Assembly: GCA_051294375.1 (NCBI GenBank)
Contig: CM119268.1
Coordinates: forward strand, 9,669,216-9,733,215
Source: Paraspadella gotoi
Lineage: Eukaryota > Animalia > Chaetognatha
Reading direction: 5' to 3'
Length of the DNA: 64,000 nt
In this document: positions 1 to 11,674 of the stretch, in pieces
How the letters are laid out: the number at the start of each line of letters is the position of its first letter
How positions within the stretch are numbered: the stretch's first letter is position 1
Made by a program: the position numbers and the translations under genes
Notes under the pieces: generated by a model
Databases searched by the model: none
The model's input: the letters and a program-made list of their open reading frames with translations, nothing else
What the model was told of the DNA's origin: nothing

Positions 1-1118
1 TGAATTTTTCTTTTTTTTTTTTTAATTTCGTGAAGCATTTACGCGAATATATTTCCGACGGTTAATCACTTTCGCTTTCCGGCAAGATTTTTATCGATCG
101 CTCGATACTTTTAAATTGATTTCAAGCCGCCGGCGGGTCCGAAGTCTATTACAATTTCCCATCATTTTCACTCTTTTCGCCAAGTCGCCCCCACACCTCT
201 CTCTCTCCCTTACATCAAATTGCTCGCATAGAGCGCATTTTCTTTTTGCTCTCTCGCTCTCTTCTGCTGATCTCCCTCTGCTACTTGGTTATCTTTTGCT
301 ATAGTCCACATTCTACTTCAATCCTGATCCTTAACTTCCTTCTGCTCTTTTGTTCCCGTATGCCCTTCTGCTTCTCTGCTTCCTCCTATAATCTATATAT
401 AAATATATATATATATATCTATATTCTCACTTTCGATACCCTTCTCTTTCTCTCCCTCCTTTTCCTTCACTTCCCTCAACTTTAAAGTTTAATTCTTTCC
501 AACGCCCTGTTTATTTGCAACCCTTTTTCCCCCCGACTCCTCCTTCAATCCCTTCTGCCCACCTGATCCTCACCAACACGTCCGCTTTACTCGCTCTTCC
601 TCACCAACCCGTCCGCTTTCCTCGTTTGCCCAGAGCGAAACAAGGATCAATAAACAACATTTGTTTTTTTAAGTCTCTATTAATGGAAATGCTGTTCACG
701 ATGAGCAACCCATTCGTTTTTCTTTAATTTATTTGTTTATTCTGCAGTTGTTTATTTACAAATTTAAATATTACTTTCATGAATTTTTTAAAAACTTTAA
801 AAATTGAGATAGCGAGGTCAAAATAACTTTTAAATTCATGCCGTACGTTCGTTAATCAACTCATAATTTTCCTATTTCGACTCATTTTAAGAAACGCTCA
901 GCTCAGGGTCCCCGACTGCTCACTTACGCAAATATCGCTTTGAATTAAGATCGCAACCAATCTGGATTCAGAAATGAAAATTAATGAGTTTTTCCCTAAT
1001 CGAGGCAAGAAACTCGCGCCCTTCGGCAGAGGTGGTGATTGTTCGAAGCATTTTGAGTTGAAGGGGGGGGCTGAGGGGGGTAGGTAGAGAATGAAATTTT
1101 TCGTAACGAGATTCCGAT

Positions 1119-1922
1119 TCAGTGGCCTTCCTTCGGGGCAGCCTCGTCTGCTAGGGTGTTTTCCGTTTAATAGGATACCCGTCGTCCAAAAATAGACGCC
1201 AAGACGATTAACAAACTACATGAGATTTATCGGGTCACTGATTAGAGAACGAGGACAGGACTATCCCGGGAATAGCAAATTAAAGACAAAGATTTAAACT
1301 GAAATTCAAATTGAGAATTGTAAAAAGTCGACGAAATGTTAATAATAATTCACGACTCTGGATTAAACCTGATTCGCTTTTAAACGAAAAAAAAAGTTTT
1401 TCCTCTCCACTAAAAAGTTAAAAAATATTTTATAAAGGGGCAAGTATTACCCAAAGAGGTCACTCGTGGAGGAAAATCACCCTGGTACCAGGACCACCCT
1501 ATTTTCGATAACAAGATGAGGAAAATTAGCGTCAAATTAGTTGGACTGACAGGAGGAAAACTAAAAACTATTTTTCCGACGTCTTTAATTTATTTCTTTA
1601 TTCAATCGGGGTCGTGAACCGGTTAGGTGTGCGTTTACGCTCCGGCCGTAAATTTGGTTTATAGTTCTAAAAAAAGCATTTTGACACATGAATCAATACA
1701 AAAGCTCACCAATGAAAACGCAGACGAGAATGAGGTTCACGCACATGGCCATAAGGTGCCGATCCATGTTCACCGCCTTGTGTTTCCAAATCATGTAGCC
1801 GCAGCCCCGACGGTCTGAAAAGACGGGAGAGAGAGAGAGAGAGAATGTGAGAGATAGAGTCAATGGGGACCAATAAAATGGATTAAAAAAAGAAGACAGA
1901 CGAGGTGAAGAAAAGGAAAGAA

Positions 1923-1954
<32 letters not shown>

Positions 1955-2088
1955 TAAGAAAATAAAATAAAAAAAGGAAGCAAAGAAAGAAAAAAGGTTA
2001 GACTCGTCGTCGCCTCTTTTCTATTCAACGCGTTACGGCGATCCAATTTGGGAGAAGGACTGAAGGAAGACGGCGTTCAAGCGGTAAA

Positions 2089-2129
<41 letters not shown>

Positions 2130-2401
2130 TCTCTCTCTCTCTCTCTCTTTCGATTTAGAAAACAAGGCGTCTTGGCCACATCCCCACCGAAAGGTCGTGC
2201 CCGCGAGAAGTCGCCCGGAATTGAGTCTCTTTTGGGAGAAGATGGAAGAAAAAGGGATAGACCGAAAGAGGAAGAGATAGACAGAGACAGAAAGATAAAG
2301 CGTCGGGGACAAAGAGACAGAACGCCCCCGAATCATCTGAGGTCGAGGAGGAGATAAATAATGAATTATACTGAGGGAGTTATGAACCACGAGCCGTCAC
2401 C

Positions 2402-2453
<52 letters not shown>

Positions 2454-2612
2454 AGAACATTGAACATCGAACATTGATCTGAGTGGGGCTTTAGGCACTG
2501 AGTTAGGCCCTTAAAAGCGACTTAGATAACTCTGATGCGAGTTTTTAATATATTAAAAAACAATTTTTAAACTGACTAAAACTTATGTAGAAGGTGAACG
2601 GTTTAAGTAATG

Positions 2613-2674
<62 letters not shown>

Positions 2675-3447
2675 TTATTTACAAGGAGCGTCGCCGTATC
2701 GCCTAATGTCGAAAAAGTCATCCTCGAAGAAAGGGGAGCCATGAATCTTTGGGTTTTTGCTCCGATCCTGTCCTCTCGCCGGATCATATGGACGGAAGTT
2801 GAGGCTCTTGGAGGAGACGCCATCTCCGTTGAAGTAGTCTTTGTAATCCTGCCAAGAGAAGGGAGTTTTTTTTTCTTCTTAAAATAGGTAAGTTTGTTTT
2901 CGCAGGTGCATACAAGAGTATAGGACCGAGTCGAAAAAATCGGAAATCGGTCCGGGGGCGAGACGAGAGAGGTTGCCATGGGTAAGATTACAGTTTCATT
3001 TTTGCCTCAACCACGAAACACATCTTACCGTGAGTCGAAATTACGAAATCGATCATCGTAAGGCGCTATAGCTTCAAACCCCTTCTACATCCCCCCCCCC
3101 GACGTCCTCTCTCCCTACTTTGCAGGTGAAGGCTCCTCCGGCGGAAATGGGCTTCGGTACGTTGAGGTAAGACTTGCAGCTGATCTTCGAGTATCCGGGA
3201 ATCCCGTTCTCCGCCCGCTCGTTGCATTCGTCCATAATGTCTTTACCTGCGTCGACGGAAAGACGAATTAGCCGGACACGTGTCGCGCTGGGTCAAATGG
3301 ATTAAGACGCGCCAATGGCTTTCGAAGAATCTAACGCAATTAAAAAAAAATTTTTTTGACTTGACAGTTGACAGTCAAGAGCTAAACGAAAGACTCGTTC
3401 CGTTATTAAATTTTCGAAATTAGTAGGAAATATTACTCTGTAAGTAA

Positions 3448-3495
<48 letters not shown>

Positions 3496-5709
3496 TCTCT
3501 TTCTCTTTCTCTCGCCGGAGGATCGCATTTTTTAAAGTATTGTCATGTTAGGATACCCTAGTATTTTTTGTAAAATTACTTTGATACTTTTATAAATCGA
3601 TAGTTTTTAAGTATAAAGTTAAGCGGTAAGACCCCGCCGGGGGCGCGCACAAAGTTTTATTTAACCCGAGAAGGGCCCGCAAAATAGGATCGCCCTAAGG
3701 GCTGTTTCTCCTCATCCCGGGCGTTTTTAGTAATAACTTATCATCATCATCATCATCATCTTCATCATCATCATCATCATCATCTTTCTCTCTCGTAAAA
3801 TATTTTAACGAGCTAACGAGGAGTAAACGTAAATCGACTCGTTTCGGAAAAAAAAAAACTTGGAGCAATTTCCGGCACATTGATTGTCAATATGTGGATG
3901 GGAAGGTGAAAGGAAAAACATTCGTTTCCTAAAGACACCTTTATAGCAAACTGGGCCGTAGTTGACGGTCTTTAAATCTTGCCAAACTTGGTCGTAAGTC
4001 ATACATCCTGGATTGCACCTGAGACGGGGGAAAAAAGGGACTTTTCAGCGTTCAAATAAGTCGCGGCCCTCTCTCGCAAAAGATAATTTTGATAGGAGTT
4101 TCTAAAACTTACGATTTAAACAAGGAACCTTTTTCTATTTTTTAAGTTTTTTTAAAAAATATAATATTCACAAACAGACAGACAGACCGTCTTAATGAGT
4201 AGCGCCTCGCAGGTCAGTCTGTTTTTTTTATCCTCTCACGCGTAATCATAGACTCCGTTGCAATAGTAGTCGACGGCTCCGCGGATTCCGCAGCAGCCCA
4301 GCTGCTGCTGCAACATTGCCATCAAGTATCGGTTCTTGGGATCGCTCTTTAACGCCACTTTCTCGAAATTCTCGAAGACCGAATCTGATTGAAGATTGAA
4401 GATTTATCGTCGGTGAAATGAGAGACATCCGTTATCGGGGGATTTATTTCACAACTTTCGTTATTAATCTCCTTAATAATAATATTAATAATAATAATAT
4501 ACCGCAGGAAAGCGGAATAACCTCCTCTCGCGCTGGTTTATTTCGGAGATAACGAGACCCGAACGCCTCGTCGACTCACCCTGAACGAGTCCCTCTCTGC
4601 AGCTGTAGACTGTGAGAACCACAAGCGGAACGAATATGATAAGAATGAAGCCCATGTAGGACCACAAACACTTCAGGTTCTTGCTCATGCACGAAAATGC
4701 CACGATGCCATTTATCGCTGTTGGTAAAGTAAAATGTACAACGTCCTCACATTCTCCAGAATCAAAGAAAAAATAACAATAACAAAAACAACCACGAAGA
4801 CAAAAGATTCACAGATGAAAAATAGGCAAACTCCGAAGGCCATCACGCAGATGATGATTATTCGACTGTCGGCAGAGAACTCGTCCAATTTCGTATTCTT
4901 AAAGCTCATGTACTTCTTAATTTGCGACGCTGAAACAAAAAACAACCGAGGGTTAGGACCGGGTTCCTTAGGACCATCAATCCACCTGGTATTATATTAT
5001 ATATTATTATTATATTATTATATTATTATTATTATATTATATTATTATTATTATACCAATTACGGGAATCCTAATGAAATGAAAGGGGCTACAATCCTGT
5101 CAAGCATGGACTTTGCGAGTGAGTGAACTTTTCACGCTTTCAAAATCTTAATTCTTTGTGACAGAAAACTTTTTTTTAAATGAACACAGGTTAGGATCTA
5201 GAGAAAGTATTAATTAACCATAAAGGTTTGTTTGTAACCCTTCCCAAAATAGAACAAGAAATAGGACTAATGTTTCACGCTATTAGTTGAATATTCGCGT
5301 TCCCAATTTCTAACCTTCCCTTTTAGGCGATACTTCGGCGAAGGCCCCTATAGGTGGAACTTGTGATTTTATGTCTTGTGTTATTACTTCTCTCGCGTTT
5401 ACCTAAACATTTTTTTTTTTTACCAAAACCTTTATTTTCGTTTCGGAAGTCCAATTCGGGGACTAGATTGTCAAAAAGTAAAGCGGTGGTTCCGCTACAT
5501 TCTAAGCAGCGTCAACCCAAGGGTTTTCGTGGAGAGAGGGGGAAGAAGCAAGGATTCGATACTCAGAAAAACTCGAGGAGAAGACAGCTTATACTCACAT
5601 TAAGATAAGCGTAGACGCCGCCGGCGATGAGACCGATGGCGCACATCAACAAAATAACGTTGATGATCAACACCACGATTTTCATCGAATCGAAAAAACA
5701 CCGACACAT
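1119..5709 (-). CDS. Tetraspanin-family protein, paralog B (multi-exon)
   Basis: Phase-compatible GT-AG exons: 5599-5709 MCRCFFDSMKIVVLIINVILLMCAIGLIAGGVYAYLN (TM1); 5315-5402; ~4814-4929 (TM2); ~4581-4718 (TM3); ~4230-4384 LMAMLQQQLGCCGIRGAVDYYC (tetraspanin CCG motif); ~3939-4018; ~3119-3247; ~2683-2848; ~1710-1814 RRGCGYMIW..TM4; last exon ~1119-1217, whose stop position is uncertain because of an apparent indel. Confidence 0.85.
3740..3783. repeat. (TCA)n microsatellite
   Basis: Direct trinucleotide run in an intron. Confidence 0.95.
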
Positions 5710-6017
5710 TTTCTCGGCTTTCGATTTCTACGACGTAAGAAGAAAATCTATAATTTGTTTTCGTTTCTTTGTTTTTCCTTCCTTCTTTGTCCTCTTTTTT
5801 TCTTCCCCCTGTTCCGATCGCGAACTTGCGGGCTTGGCTCTTCTGTTTTGTTTCCGCCTCTGCTGCTATCTCATGATTCTGTTTCACTAAATCATTTCTA
5901 CTCAATACGGTATTCCACTAACGAGTCGCGCTAACGTGCTGTTTTTTATATCACGTTTCGACGTTAAATTTTTTATAAACACATTGGCGCGTTGATCGAC
6001 CGTTATGGGAATATACA

Positions 6018-6577
6018 TATATTGTGGACTAAAATCCACCAACCGTTCATCAGCGGCCATTGGTGCCGGAGGCAAGTCATTCGGGGTTCTAGCCCGGTGG
6101 TTGCCTAGCAGTTAAGAGGGACTGATCCAAAGCTCAGGGACTGCTTATATAGAACGGATCTGTCACTAACACATAATAATAATCATTGTCTCTTCATTGG
6201 TGAGCCCGACTTACGAACACAACAACACTTTCAGGCGACATGCCTCAACCTGGCGATGCACTTTCCGCCAACAACACATCAGGCGACATGCCTCAACTTG
6301 GTGACGAACTTTCCACTAATAACAACAATTCACTGAAGAGATGCAACAGATTTCTCCCTACGGGAGGGGGGATGTATGGTTGACTAAAATCCACCAACCG
6401 CTCATCAGCGGCCATGGTGCCGGAGGCAAGTCATTCGCCTCCCAACCCGGTGGTTGCCTAGCAGTTAAGAGGGACGGGACGCTTAACCCGCCTGTAACAA
6501 AGTGTTACAGCCTGATCCGAAGCTCAGGGACTGCTTATATAGAACTAACACATAATAATAATCACTGTCTCTTCACA
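6018..6577 (+). mobile_element. Non-autonomous miniature LTR retroelement (TRIM-like)
   Basis: Two ~180-205 bp direct repeats (6018-6196; 6373-6577, TG...CA). PBS-like TGGTGAGCCCGAC directly after the left repeat, polypurine tract GGGAGGGGGGA directly before the right repeat, non-coding ~175 bp interior. No clear TSD. Confidence 0.8.
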
Positions 6578-6839
6578 TAGTTATTTTTTTTCATCGTTGG
6601 AGTGAAAACTTAAACAGTGATTTGAAGTGACAGTTTTACCCACAGTTGTTAAATTTTTACTATTCACTAAGCTGTAAACTTGAGCGAGACAATTATAACG
6701 GAGTCTAAAAGCTATTCTTGCTATATTTTTTAAAAAAACCTAACCCTTTTTTACGTTCACTTCAATCTTCAAAATAGTTACGAACTGTTGTGCCTTGTTT
6801 GAAGACCTGGGGGATGATAAAAAAAATAGGTTGATGAAT

Positions 6840-6901
<62 letters not shown>

Positions 6902-6941
6902 AAGAAGAAGAAGAAGAAGAAGAAGAAGAAGAAGAAGAAGA
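6840..6941. repeat. Compound (AAT)n(AAG)n microsatellite
   Basis: Seen directly; it explains the spurious poly-I/poly-R/poly-L ORFs. Confidence 0.95.
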
Positions 6942-7027
6942 AAATTTTTAATATTCATCAGTATAGTTATTTATAAAATAATAAGTTAATATAAAATTGG
7001 TACAACCTTCTCTCATTATTTTTGCTC

Positions 7028-8632
7028 TTAGGCTGCCTCTTTCGCCGCTTTTTTCTCCTTGTGAACAATGACGAAACTCCAAATGACGAGAATTATTTCA
7101 AGGACTAAAAGGAGTTATATGAGGATATCAGTGGAATATTTCGATTTGGGTTCAAATCGATTTCGATTACTAACATAGGATGAGCGTTATCACGAGGAAA
7201 GAGATGAAGACGTAAAAGAGAATTGTCTCGATCGGAGCCTTGGTCCACAGCGTGTAGGCGCACCCTTTCTTATCTGCCGTCGTAAAGTGGGTTTAAAGTA
7301 TTTCAGATTCTCTCTCTCTCTCTCTCTCTCTGTCTTTCTTTCCCCTTCCCTCACTCTTCCGACTCACTCAAAGATTTTCCGTAAAATTTATTCGCAGTTT
7401 TGGAATCGTCGAAATAGAGGGAGCCGTGGATGGTCGGGTTTTGCGGGGCCAAGTAAATCAAGGCAGGATCCGAGTCTTCGAAGCTGAAGGACCGAGCTGT
7501 ATTTCCTTTCATGTCGTAGGATTCCTTGTAACCCTGGAGGAATGTCAGTTTTCTTAGTAGTAAGTAAATAACACAACTTTCTAGGGGCACCCCAAAAAAT
7601 GTCGGGTATTTTCTCACGGGTCCGAAGAGCTTGATCCGTAACACCCAATGAGTAAATGAGAATATAGGCCAACGGGCCAACTGTCAACGAGTGAATGAGG
7701 CGAATGAGCCGATCCTCAGTGGATCAACAGGCAAATTGGATATGGGCTAATGGTAAAAATCATCAAACAGGTTAATGAATCCAACGTGCAATTAGGCAAA
7801 CGGTCAAACTTGCCCGCGGGTTAATCGGTAAACTTAAAATGGACCCATCGCATTAGTCATATCGTCGAACTGTCTTAAACGAAGAACTGGCGAACAAGGA
7901 GCACCTGGCATTGCGCAGATTGGCTGGCGTCGATTGGAGAGGGAATGTTGAGTTGTGTATCGCAATTGTCCAACGTGTAGTTGACATCCTGCGGAGGCTT
8001 CGGGTTCATTTTCGCGTAATTTTTGCATTTGGCGACCGCCTTTTTCGCTGCGAATCGAAAATAGTACGATAAAATTATATTCGATAATAAACGTTACAAA
8101 AATATTATTAAAAGTATTATTAAGTTATTATGATAATTAAATTATTAACCATTTAGCTATTAAACGATTCTCAAATTAATCTGCTACAATTACATTTACA
8201 GTATGATTATTGCAAAATTACTTGTTTTACTATATTAAGTCTTAGATTTTATAATATTCATTAAAATTGTATATTATAAATTGTATATTTTTTATTTTTA
8301 TTATTTTTATTATTATCGTTTTTAATTTATTTTGGTTTTTAATAATTTAAATCTGAAAATATTATATTATTAATGGGAGACGGTTGTTTTCTGGAAATAT
8401 AGAGATCATCTATACAACACTAGGTTATATAAATATTCCCTTATCCATGTCCATAATTTTATCAATCCAACTAATGTTAACTTTTGCAGATCGGAAGCAA
8501 ACTTCCTTTTTTTGGATCGTTGTTTTTTTTGAACATTAGAGTTCCAGATTTCGTCTTTGATAAGTCATGGCCTTAGCCTCGGCGTGTTGCATATTCTTGG
8601 TAAAAGTAGTTATTGTGCGCTCATCTCTCTCT

Positions 8633-8680
<48 letters not shown>

Positions 8681-10980
8681 TTCTCTCTCTTCTCTCTCTC
8701 GGTTTCTCTACTCACTTCTCTCTCTCTCTCTCTCTCTCATCGTATCGTGACGCAGGTGGCGACTTTGAAAAAAAATCAATCGAATCTCTGATTCGAATCT
8801 CTCTTTTTCTTCTTTTTCAACTACCCTCCACTTAGTCGTAGTTTCTGACTATAAGCAATTCGTACAAAAGGGAATCAAATAACTAGGTGCCTAGAAAAGT
8901 CTGTAGTACAGACTCTGTATAAACTATCCGCATCTACTTGTAGTCGTAAGTCCCCGCGCATGCGTAGTCGACGACGCCTCTAACGCCGCAACAGTCGACA
9001 GCATATTGAATCATGGCCATGAAGAACCGGTTGGGCGGATCGGACTTCGTCGCCACCGAATCCAAAATGCTGATCATTTGGTCTTCGAAGGAAAAAAAAA
9101 TAGATCGATTGATTGATTGATTGATTTTTTTAGTCTATTCCTAAAGAACAAAGAGGTTTTGGCGACAACAACAACCTTAACGACTCTTGAACTTACCTAA
9201 ATCGAGACCCACGGCCTAAGGTCAAAAAGTTAACTGACCTTGATTCGTTTTGACTTGTATTGTTGTTTTTAATATAGTAAATTCTCTTTTTGTTATGAAA
9301 TTGATACAACCAATTTAAAAATTATCCATTCATTTAATAAACAAGCTATCTTCGTTTTTTTAATAGAATAAGCTGTGGCGGTATATTCAAACCGCCTCAC
9401 GTCCATCATCTTTCAGCCAATACCTTTGGCTCAGAGGTGGAACACACCATCCCAAGCGTAGTGTTCCATCCGCAGTCCTAACGACTTCCCTCTCCCTCTC
9501 CCTTTTTCGTCGTTCCGTGATTATCATTTAGTGTCCATATGTGAACGCAAAGTATGATTTTAAAATAAACATTTGAATTTATCTATAGATTGACGAGTTA
9601 GCGTATTGTGTAATGAACTATTGATTAATTAATTTACGATCCACAAATGCTTCCCAACCGCCCCCTCATCCTCCTGTCGGTTACCCTGCATCATCTTCTT
9701 CTGCGTGGAGAGGATCGTGAGAACGAGGAGAAAGGCGAACATGATAAGGATCATGACTAAGAAGGCTAAGAGGAAACACCAATTTTTGTTGCAGCAAGAG
9801 AAGGCGATGATTCCAATGATGCCTACGTTGGGATGAAAGGGAAAGATGGAGGGAGCTTGGACTGGTGGCGGATCTCCATGACTTTTTTTTAGATAATGAA
9901 TCATTGTCAACGTTGAAAACGTTCTATTTTTTTTTTGTTCGACCCTGCTATACGAATCTCGACATCTCTCACAAATGCCCGCCAAGAATGCGCCGAATAT
10001 GATGAGGACGTCGACGGCGATCAACGCGGATTGCGAAATGACGTCCAACTTGTCGAGAACGTAATCGTTGATCTCTTTCGCCCGCGCGTCCGACTCTGAA
10101 GGTCGAACGAGAAGCGTTTCGATTCTAATCAAGTTCTCGTTAAAATGAGCGAGATCTGGACATTGGCTTCGCTAATCACGTCGGACAAAGTATTTTGTTT
10201 TTAACCTGAACTGTTAGTTTCATAAGTCAGATTGACGCTCAAATCCAAGTTTTCCGATATACCCTTACCAATATTTCAGTCCAAGCAAGCTTACCTGGAT
10301 CGCCCTTAAATCCCCCGACGAACAACTGAGCGGGTGGGACGTTTTTCTTGTACTCATCGCCGATGATCTTTTTGAAGTTGACCTGTTGCGCGGCATGGTT
10401 ACTTTTTTTTTTAATAAATTCCAATCACGTAGGTATGGAATGGATTCAATGACAAAAAAAATATTGTAATTCACTTAACGTTGAACTGAAATTAACATTT
10501 AAAAAAAAAAAAAAGAGAAAATTGAAGCTATACGTTCGGGCATGACTTTTCCTTATTTTTTTATGCTCTGGGGCATGATCACATTGATCAGGCATTTCAT
10601 TATTAAGCTATGTTAGATTTTTTTCAAATTAAAAATTAAAAAAAAAAGAAGAAGATTCTCCGTGTTTTTCTTTCTGTCAGAAAATACTAGTCTCAGGAAA
10701 CCGTCTCTTAACATCAACAAGTAACAACATTCTTCTATTAAAAACGAGATTTTTTTTCGGTAGACAACTAATGAGACTAATACTATTAGTATTAGTATAT
10801 TAGTATATTAGTATATAGTATTATTATACTATTAGTAATAGTGATCAATGCGAGACAAGAGTTGGCCACCTGAGTCTTGGCGAAAATTCCTCCACCGAGT
10901 AGCACGAGCCCGATGATGGCAAAGAGCACATTGATAAAGATGACCAAGATTTTCATAGACTTGAAGAAACACTGGCACAT
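7028..10980 (-). CDS. Tetraspanin-family protein, paralog A (multi-exon)
   Basis: Exon 1 MCQCFFKSMKILVIFINVLFAIIGLVLLGGGIFAKTQ; exon ~10295-10382 VNFKKIIGDEYKKNVPP; TM2/TM3 exons ~9686-10095; exon ~8938-9083 FFMAMIQYAVDCCGVRGVVDYAC; Cys-rich loop exons ~8486-8593 (apparent indels), ~7905-8048, ~7365-7534; KKGCAYTLW..TM4 ~7175-7273; last exon FLEIILVIWSFVIVHKEKKAAKEAA* with TAA at 7028-7030. Exon-for-exon similar to paralog B. Confidence 0.88.
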
Positions 10981-11674
10981 TTTCGCCGATTCTAAAAGTA
11001 GACATCGATCGACTTATTAAATTTGCGATTCTAATTATTTAACTGCATTTGAGACTAATTCTTTTCCCGACGATTTTAATGTAAATATTTTAGAAGGTAA
11101 ATTGTATATAAGTTAACTTTCTTACCTTTTTATTTGAAGAAAATACAAAATGAATTCAGACTCTGAGTAGGAAGTGTTCACTCCTTTCTACGTTAGAATT
11201 TATTCTCTAGTCTGTTAAAGGATAACTTCTCAGTAAAGCGAACTTTTTTATTTTGAATAATTATCGTTTATTTGACATCAGTACTAACGACAATTGGTGC
11301 AATGAGGAATGATGGTTCGATAAAATTAAATAAGCCATTGCCATTAAAGGCGCCCTGCATGTCCAGGGTCCAAAAGGACAGGAAAAAAAGAGACGAAATC
11401 TCAATTTAAACGTAAACGGAAATATGAAAAAAAAAAGTTTTGAAATCGACAGCCTAACATTCTAGTTATTAAGAATAACATCATAATATATGAAGCCAAA
11501 ACATTCGCTGCCCATCCCTTTTTTTTTTCTCGACGACGACGACGACGACGACGACATCAACGACGACGCGTCGCAGAATTCATTTCACGGTCGACTTGAC
11601 GTTGGGCGGCGTTTCTCTCGCGTCGCCGCGTCACCAGGGACGTCACGGGCGTCGCCCTTCGCCGTCACGACACG

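Noticed and set aside
190-620. Pyrimidine-rich stretch with short ORFs
   Set aside because: All minus frames examined have stops and no domain is recognisable; possibly a decayed element but unsupported.
6219-6325. Short direct repeats as a CRISPR-like array
   Set aside because: Only two adjacent units, no unique spacers, eukaryotic context, inside an LTR element.
6040-6415. CTGATGA on the minus strand of both LTRs as a hammerhead (retrozyme) core
   Set aside because: It sits in the loop of a simple CCGC/GCGG hairpin and no correctly placed GAAA or stem III follows.
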